A stretch of DNA of 64,000 nucleotides, from contig CAWHTE010000003.1 of NCBI GenBank assembly GCA_963832165.1, forward strand, positions 416,001 to 480,000, read 5' to 3'. Position 1 is the first letter of the stretch. Each line of letters begins with the position of its first letter. Position numbers and translations under genes: made by a program. The notes beneath the pieces were generated by a model. It was not told the DNA's origin. It did no database searches and saw nothing but the letters and a program-made list of their open reading frames with translations. The DNA is from an uncultured delta proteobacterium. GTDB taxonomy: Bacteria; Myxococcota_A; UBA9160; SMWR01. Positions 59,576 through 64,000 of the stretch are shown one piece after another.

Positions 59576-61678
59576 ATGCGCCTCGATCCGGAGGTGCCTA
59601 TGCCGCGCGCCCTGTTCGCCGCCACACTCGCGTTCGCTGCACTCGCGTGCTCGGGGTCACCCGAGCGAGCGGCGGCTCCGCCGCCGCTCGTAATCGACGA
59701 CGCGCGCCTGCGCGCGGCTGCCGACGAGCCGCAGAGCTGGCTCACCTACGGCGGCAGCTATGCGGAGCAACGCTTCAGCAAGCTCGCGCAGATCGACGCG
59801 GCCAACGTCGCGAAGCTCGGCCTCGCCTGGTACTTCGACACCGATCTGCCGCGCGGCCACGAGGCCACGCCGATCGCCGTCGACGGCGTGATCTACACCA
59901 CGGGCTCCTGGAGCGTGGTATTCGCCGTCGACGCGCGCACGGGGAAGCTGCTCTGGCGCCACGACCCGCAGGTGCCGCGCGCGACCGGCGCCATCGCGTG
60001 CTGCGACGTGGTGAACCGCGGCGTGGCCGTCTACGGCGGGCGCGTCTACGCGGGGACGCTCGACGGCCGGCTCCAGGCACTCGACGCGGTGACGGGCGAC
60101 GTGGTGTGGTCGGTCATGACGGTCGACCCCGATCAGTCGTACACGATCACGATGGCGCCGCGCGTGGTGAAGGGCAAGGTGATCATCGGCAACGGCGGCG
60201 CCGAGCTCGGCGTGCGCGGCTACGTGTCCGCCTACGACGCCGTCACCGGCGCACAGGTGTGGCGCTTCTACACGGTGCCGGGAGATCCCAAGAAGCCCTA
60301 TGAGACTCCCGAGCTCGCGAAGGCCGCCAAGACCTGGGATCCGAGAGGCCAATACTGGAAGCAGGGCGGCGGCGGGACCGTCTGGAACGCGGTCGCGTTC
60401 GACCCCGACCTCGACCTGCTCTACGTCGGCACCGGCAACGGCTCGCCCTGGAGCAAGCACGTCCGCAGCCCGAGGGGCGGCGACAACCTCTTCCTGTCGT
60501 CGATCCTCGCGCTGCGCCCCGACACCGGGAAGCTCGTCTGGCACTACCAGACGACGCCCGGCGACATGTGGGACTACACGGCCACGCAGGACATCGTGCT
60601 CGCGGACCTCACGATCGCGGGGAAGCCCCGCAAGGTGCTGATGCAGGCGCCCAAGAACGGCTTCTTCTACGTGATCGATCGCGCGACCGGTGTGCCGATC
60701 TCTGCGGAGAAGTTCGCGACCGTGAACTGGGCGCAGCGCGTCGACAAGAAGACCTGGCGCCCGGTCGAGGCAAAGAATCTCGACTACCGCAGGAAGCCGG
60801 TCGAGATCCGACCCTCGCCGATCGGCGCGCACAACTGGCAGTCGATGTCGTTCAATCCGCAGACGGGCCTCGTCTACATCCCCGTGAACGAGGTCCCGTG
60901 GCCCTTCCTGCTCGATCCCAAGTACAAATTCCAGCCGGGCACCTGGAACGTCGGCTACGACATGACGGTGGCCCGAGAGTTCCCGCGCGAGATCGTCTCG
61001 GGGCATCTGCTCGCGTGGGATCCGATCGCCCAGAAAGAGGTCTGGCGCGCGCAGTACATGATCCCCTGGAACGGAGGCACGCTCACGACGGCGGGCAATC
61101 TCGTGTTCCAGGGCACCGCGCACGGCACGTTCTCGGCCTATCGCGCCAACGACGGCGCACCGCTCTGGGAGCAGCCCGCCGGTACCGGCATCATCGCGGC
61201 GCCCATCACCTACCAGCTCGACGGCGTGCAATACGTCGCGGTGATGGCCGGGTGGGGCGGCGCGTTCGCGCTCGTCGGTGGCGATGCGGCGGCAGCCGCG
61301 GGTGTGCACCGCGAGTCGAACTTCGGCCGGCTGCTCGTGTATCGGCTCGACGGCAAGACCGCGCTGCCTGCGGCGCGCGCCGAGCGATCTCCGCGGCCCG
61401 GGGCGTTGCCCAGCAAGTTCGACAAGAAGATCGTCGAGCGCGGCAGCTACACATTCGCCCGGTGGTGCGCGACCTGCCACGGCGCGGGCGCGGTGAGCGG
61501 CGGCGTGCTGCCCGACCTGCGCAAGGCGGATCCCGCGATCTACGACGCGCTGCCGATGATCGTGCTCCAGGGCGCGCGCTCGGCGAACGGCATGCCGCGC
61601 TTCGATGCATTCCTGAACAACGATGACGTCACCGCGCTGCGCGCGTATCTGCTCACGCGTCGCGCCGCATTGCACTGA
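59576..61678 (+). CDS. Quinohemoprotein (PQQ plus heme c) alcohol dehydrogenase
   Basis: [13 protein letters not shown] vicinal Cys, [36 protein letters not shown] and C-terminal CATCH; start may be 59600. Confidence 0.93.
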   Translation: MRLDPEVPMPRALFAATLAFAALACSGSPERAAAPPPLVIDDARLRAAADEPQSWLTYGGSYAEQRFSKLAQIDAANVAKLGLAWYFDTDLPRGHEATPIAVDGVIYTTGSWSVVFAVDARTGKLLWRHDPQVPRATGAIACCDVVNRGVAVYGGRVYAGTLDGRLQALDAVTGDVVWSVMTVDPDQSYTITMAPRVVKGKVIIGNGGAELGVRGYVSAYDAVTGAQVWRFYTVPGDPKKPYETPELAKAAKTWDPRGQYWKQGGGGTVWNAVAFDPDLDLLYVGTGNGSPWSKHVRSPRGGDNLFLSSILALRPDTGKLVWHYQTTPGDMWDYTATQDIVLADLTIAGKPRKVLMQAPKNGFFYVIDRATGVPISAEKFATVNWAQRVDKKTWRPVEAKNLDYRRKPVEIRPSPIGAHNWQSMSFNPQTGLVYIPVNEVPWPFLLDPKYKFQPGTWNVGYDMTVAREFPREIVSGHLLAWDPIAQKEVWRAQYMIPWNGGTLTTAGNLVFQGTAHGTFSAYRANDGAPLWEQPAGTGIIAAPITYQLDGVQYVAVMAGWGGAFALVGGDAAAAAGVHRESNFGRLLVYRLDGKTALPAARAERSPRPGALPSKFDKKIVERGSYTFARWCATCHGAGAVSGGVLPDLRKADPAIYDALPMIVLQGARSANGMPRFDAFLNNDDVTALRAYLLTRRAALH

Positions 61679-61694
61679 ACCGGAGGCCCGCCCC

Positions 61695-63467
61695 GTGCGC
61701 ACCACCCGACTCGCCTGGATCGCAGCCGCGCTCGCACTCGCCGCGTGCGGCGCACCGCCGCCCGCGCCGACGATCGATCCGATCACCAGGCGCACGACCG
61801 CGAGCGGCGAGGTGGTCGGGTTCGTCGCCGCGAACGGGAGCCACGTCTGGCGTGGGATCCCGTACGCGGCGCCGCCGACGGGTGCGTTGCGCTGGCGCGC
61901 GCCGGTGGATCCCGCGCGCTGGTCAGGTACGAGGGAGGCGCTCGCGTTCGGCGCGCGCTGCCCGCAGTACACGAGCCAGCTCGAGTCCACGCGCGAGCTC
62001 GGCACCACGTATGGCAGCGAGGACTGCCTCACGCTGAACGTCTGGGCGCCGCCGAAGTCCGGGGCGGAGCGGCTGCCCGTGATGTTCTGGATCCACGGCG
62101 GCGGCAACGTGCAGGGCGGCAGCGACTTCTACGACGGCGCCGTGCTCGCGGTGAATCAGCGCGTCGTGGTCGTCACAGTGAACTATCGGCTCGGGGCGCT
62201 CGGCTGGCTGCGCCACGCTGCGCTGCGCGAGGGCGTCACCTACGAGGAGGCGTCGGGCAACTTCGGCACGCTCGACATGATCCAGGCGCTGCGCTGGGTG
62301 CACGAGAACATCGGCGCGTTCGGCGGCAACCCGAACAGCGTGACGATCTTCGGCGAGAGCGCGGGCGGGCGGAACGTCTTTGCGCTGCTCCAGTCGCCGC
62401 CGGCGCGCGGGCTCTTCCACGGCGCGATCGTGCAGAGCGGCGGAACGCGCTCGAGCAGCCTCGACGAAGCCGAGCAGTCGGTTGCCGACCCCGCGGTTCG
62501 CCGCGGGCCGGGCTCGCACCATCTCCTGGAACGGCTCGCGGGTCGCGAGCGGGTCGCGGGCATGACCCACGCGGAGATCGCGGCGTTCCTGCGCGCCCAG
62601 ACTCCCGATGCGATCCTCCGGGCGTATCCCGAGACCGACAGCGAGGGCGATCACACCGGCTTCTACGAGTTTCCCCAGCATTTCCGCGACGGCGTCGTGC
62701 TTCCGCGCGTCGAGGCACCTGCGGCGTTCGTCTCGGGCGCCTACCACCGCGTGCCGGTGATCGTCGGCACGAACCGCGACGAGGCCAAGCTGTTCATGTT
62801 TGCGTCGTCCAAATACGTCCGACGATTCCTGGGTGTTCCGAGACTCCGCGACGAATCCGCCTATCAGCGCGAGGCGAGCTACCGGAGCCGATTCTGGAAG
62901 GCGTTCGGCGCCGATGAGCCTGCGGCCGCGATGCGCCGCGTGCAGGGAACGAGCGTGTACGCCTATCGCTTCGACTGGGACGAGGAGCCGAGCATCTTGG
63001 GCGCGGATCTCGGCCAGATGCTAGGCGCGGCACACGTGATGGAGGTGCCGTTCGTGTTCGGCCACTGGAATCTCGGTCCGAACAGCAAGCTGCTGTTCGA
63101 CGAGGACAACGAGCCGGCGCGACTCGAGCTCTCGCAGGCGATGCAGTCGTACTGGGGCGAGTTCGCGTGGACCGGCTCGCCCGGGCGTGGGCGCGATGGG
63201 AAGCAGCCCGCATGGAGCGCATGGGATCCGAGCCAGCCGACCGCGGGCAAGTACATCGTATTCGACACGCCCGCCGGCGGCGGAATCCGCATGGCGCACG
63301 AGACCGAGAGCACGGCCGGGCTGATCGCCGAGCTCTCGCGCGATCCGGAATGGGACAGCGCCGAGCGCTGCGCGCTGGTCGCGGAGTGGACGCGCGACGT
63401 GCCGACCGTCGTCGCGCATGCGGGTGAGCTCGGCTGTCAGGCGCCTGCGGTCGCGAGAGGGGATTAG
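61695..63467 (+). CDS. Carboxylesterase type B lipoprotein
   Basis: Lipobox LAAC; GIPYAAPP, SEDCLTLNVW, HGGG, NYRLG, FGESAGG, catalytic E (NRDE) and H (AAHVME). Confidence 0.92.
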   Translation: MRTTRLAWIAAALALAACGAPPPAPTIDPITRRTTASGEVVGFVAANGSHVWRGIPYAAPPTGALRWRAPVDPARWSGTREALAFGARCPQYTSQLESTRELGTTYGSEDCLTLNVWAPPKSGAERLPVMFWIHGGGNVQGGSDFYDGAVLAVNQRVVVVTVNYRLGALGWLRHAALREGVTYEEASGNFGTLDMIQALRWVHENIGAFGGNPNSVTIFGESAGGRNVFALLQSPPARGLFHGAIVQSGGTRSSSLDEAEQSVADPAVRRGPGSHHLLERLAGRERVAGMTHAEIAAFLRAQTPDAILRAYPETDSEGDHTGFYEFPQHFRDGVVLPRVEAPAAFVSGAYHRVPVIVGTNRDEAKLFMFASSKYVRRFLGVPRLRDESAYQREASYRSRFWKAFGADEPAAAMRRVQGTSVYAYRFDWDEEPSILGADLGQMLGAAHVMEVPFVFGHWNLGPNSKLLFDEDNEPARLELSQAMQSYWGEFAWTGSPGRGRDGKQPAWSAWDPSQPTAGKYIVFDTPAGGGIRMAHETESTAGLIAELSRDPEWDSAERCALVAEWTRDVPTVVAHAGELGCQAPAVARGD

Positions 63468-63470
63468 CGC

Positions 63471-64000
63471 CTGGTCGCCACCGATCGCGCGCTCGCACGC
63501 GCTGCGGGCGCTGCCTCGCTGCTCGCGCTCGGTGCGCTGTTCTGGCCCGCTGCGTTCCGGCGCATGTTCGTGTTCGGCGATCTGGGTGCCTTCTTCCTGC
63601 CGTTCCGGATCTTTCGCGCGGAGCATCTCGCGCACGGGATCACCCCGCTCTGGATGCCCAACCTGTTTTGTGGCTTCTACGCGCACGGCGAGGGTCAGAT
63701 CGGGATCTTCCACCCGCTCCGCTGGCTGTTGTATCGCCTGCTGCCCTTGTCCGAGGCTTTCAACCTCGAGTGCATCCTCCCTTACCCGCTCGCACTGATC
63801 GGTGTGGCGTTGTTTCTGCGCCGTCTCGCGCTTCCCGCAAGCGCGGCGATCTTCGGCGGCGCGACCTTTGCACTCTCTGGTTACCTGACCGCTCGGCTCA
63901 CGCACCTGAACGCGATCGCGGTGGTCGCCCACCTGGGATGGCTGCTCTTCGCGATCGATCTTCTCTTGCGCGGGTCCGGTCGCGCGCGCTGGCGTGCCTG
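63471..64000 (+). CDS. YfhO-like polytopic membrane protein (partial, runs off the window)
   Basis: Manual translation ...FGDLGAFFLP...PLWMPNLFCGFYAHGEGQIGIFHPL...GGATFALSGY; start uncertain. Confidence 0.65.
   Translation, partial: MVATDRALARAAGAASLLALGALFWPAAFRRMFVFGDLGAFFLPFRIFRAEHLAHGITPLWMPNLFCGFYAHGEGQIGIFHPLRWLLYRLLPLSEAFNLECILPYPLALIGVALFLRRLALPASAAIFGGATFALSGYLTARLTHLNAIAVVAHLGWLLFAIDLLLRGSGRARWRA

Overview
High-GC (roughly 70% by eye) bacterial chromosomal window. PEP-CTERM-type proteins, many SDR and CoA-transferase genes and a sigma54-type promoter pair suggest a Myxococcota/deltaproteobacterium-like organism (inference). In order: the 3' end of cdsA; a rearranged purine cluster (purB-purS, inverted purC, an inserted membrane glycosyltransferase, purQ-purL-purF) coupled to a glutamine-synthetase-family gene and an SDR; two surface-protein genes; DUF885, nadB, slt, pgsA, a nucleotide-sugar dehydrogenase and tRNA-Gly(GCC); a fused trehalose-6-phosphate synthase/phosphatase with a GH15; an MmpL/SDR/TPR operon; xth, aroK, a PEP-CTERM-like protease and an orphan GspD-like secretin; two tandem paralogous secreted proteins; hemB; and a large acyl-CoA/lipid catabolic region. 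The most striking non-coding signal is a ~400-bp, ~95% identical direct repeat (27305-27716 and 32499-32903). Each copy has two long-stem multibranch modules, no transposase is nearby, and the pair brackets a 4.7-kb lipid-transport cassette. Other notable items are a Gly/Thr insertion in the predicted secretin gate, twin sigma54 promoters and a degenerate 64-bp hemB fragment between the paralogs. Several genes carry single-base insertions that look like sequencing errors. All annotations come from reading motifs by eye; no searches were run.
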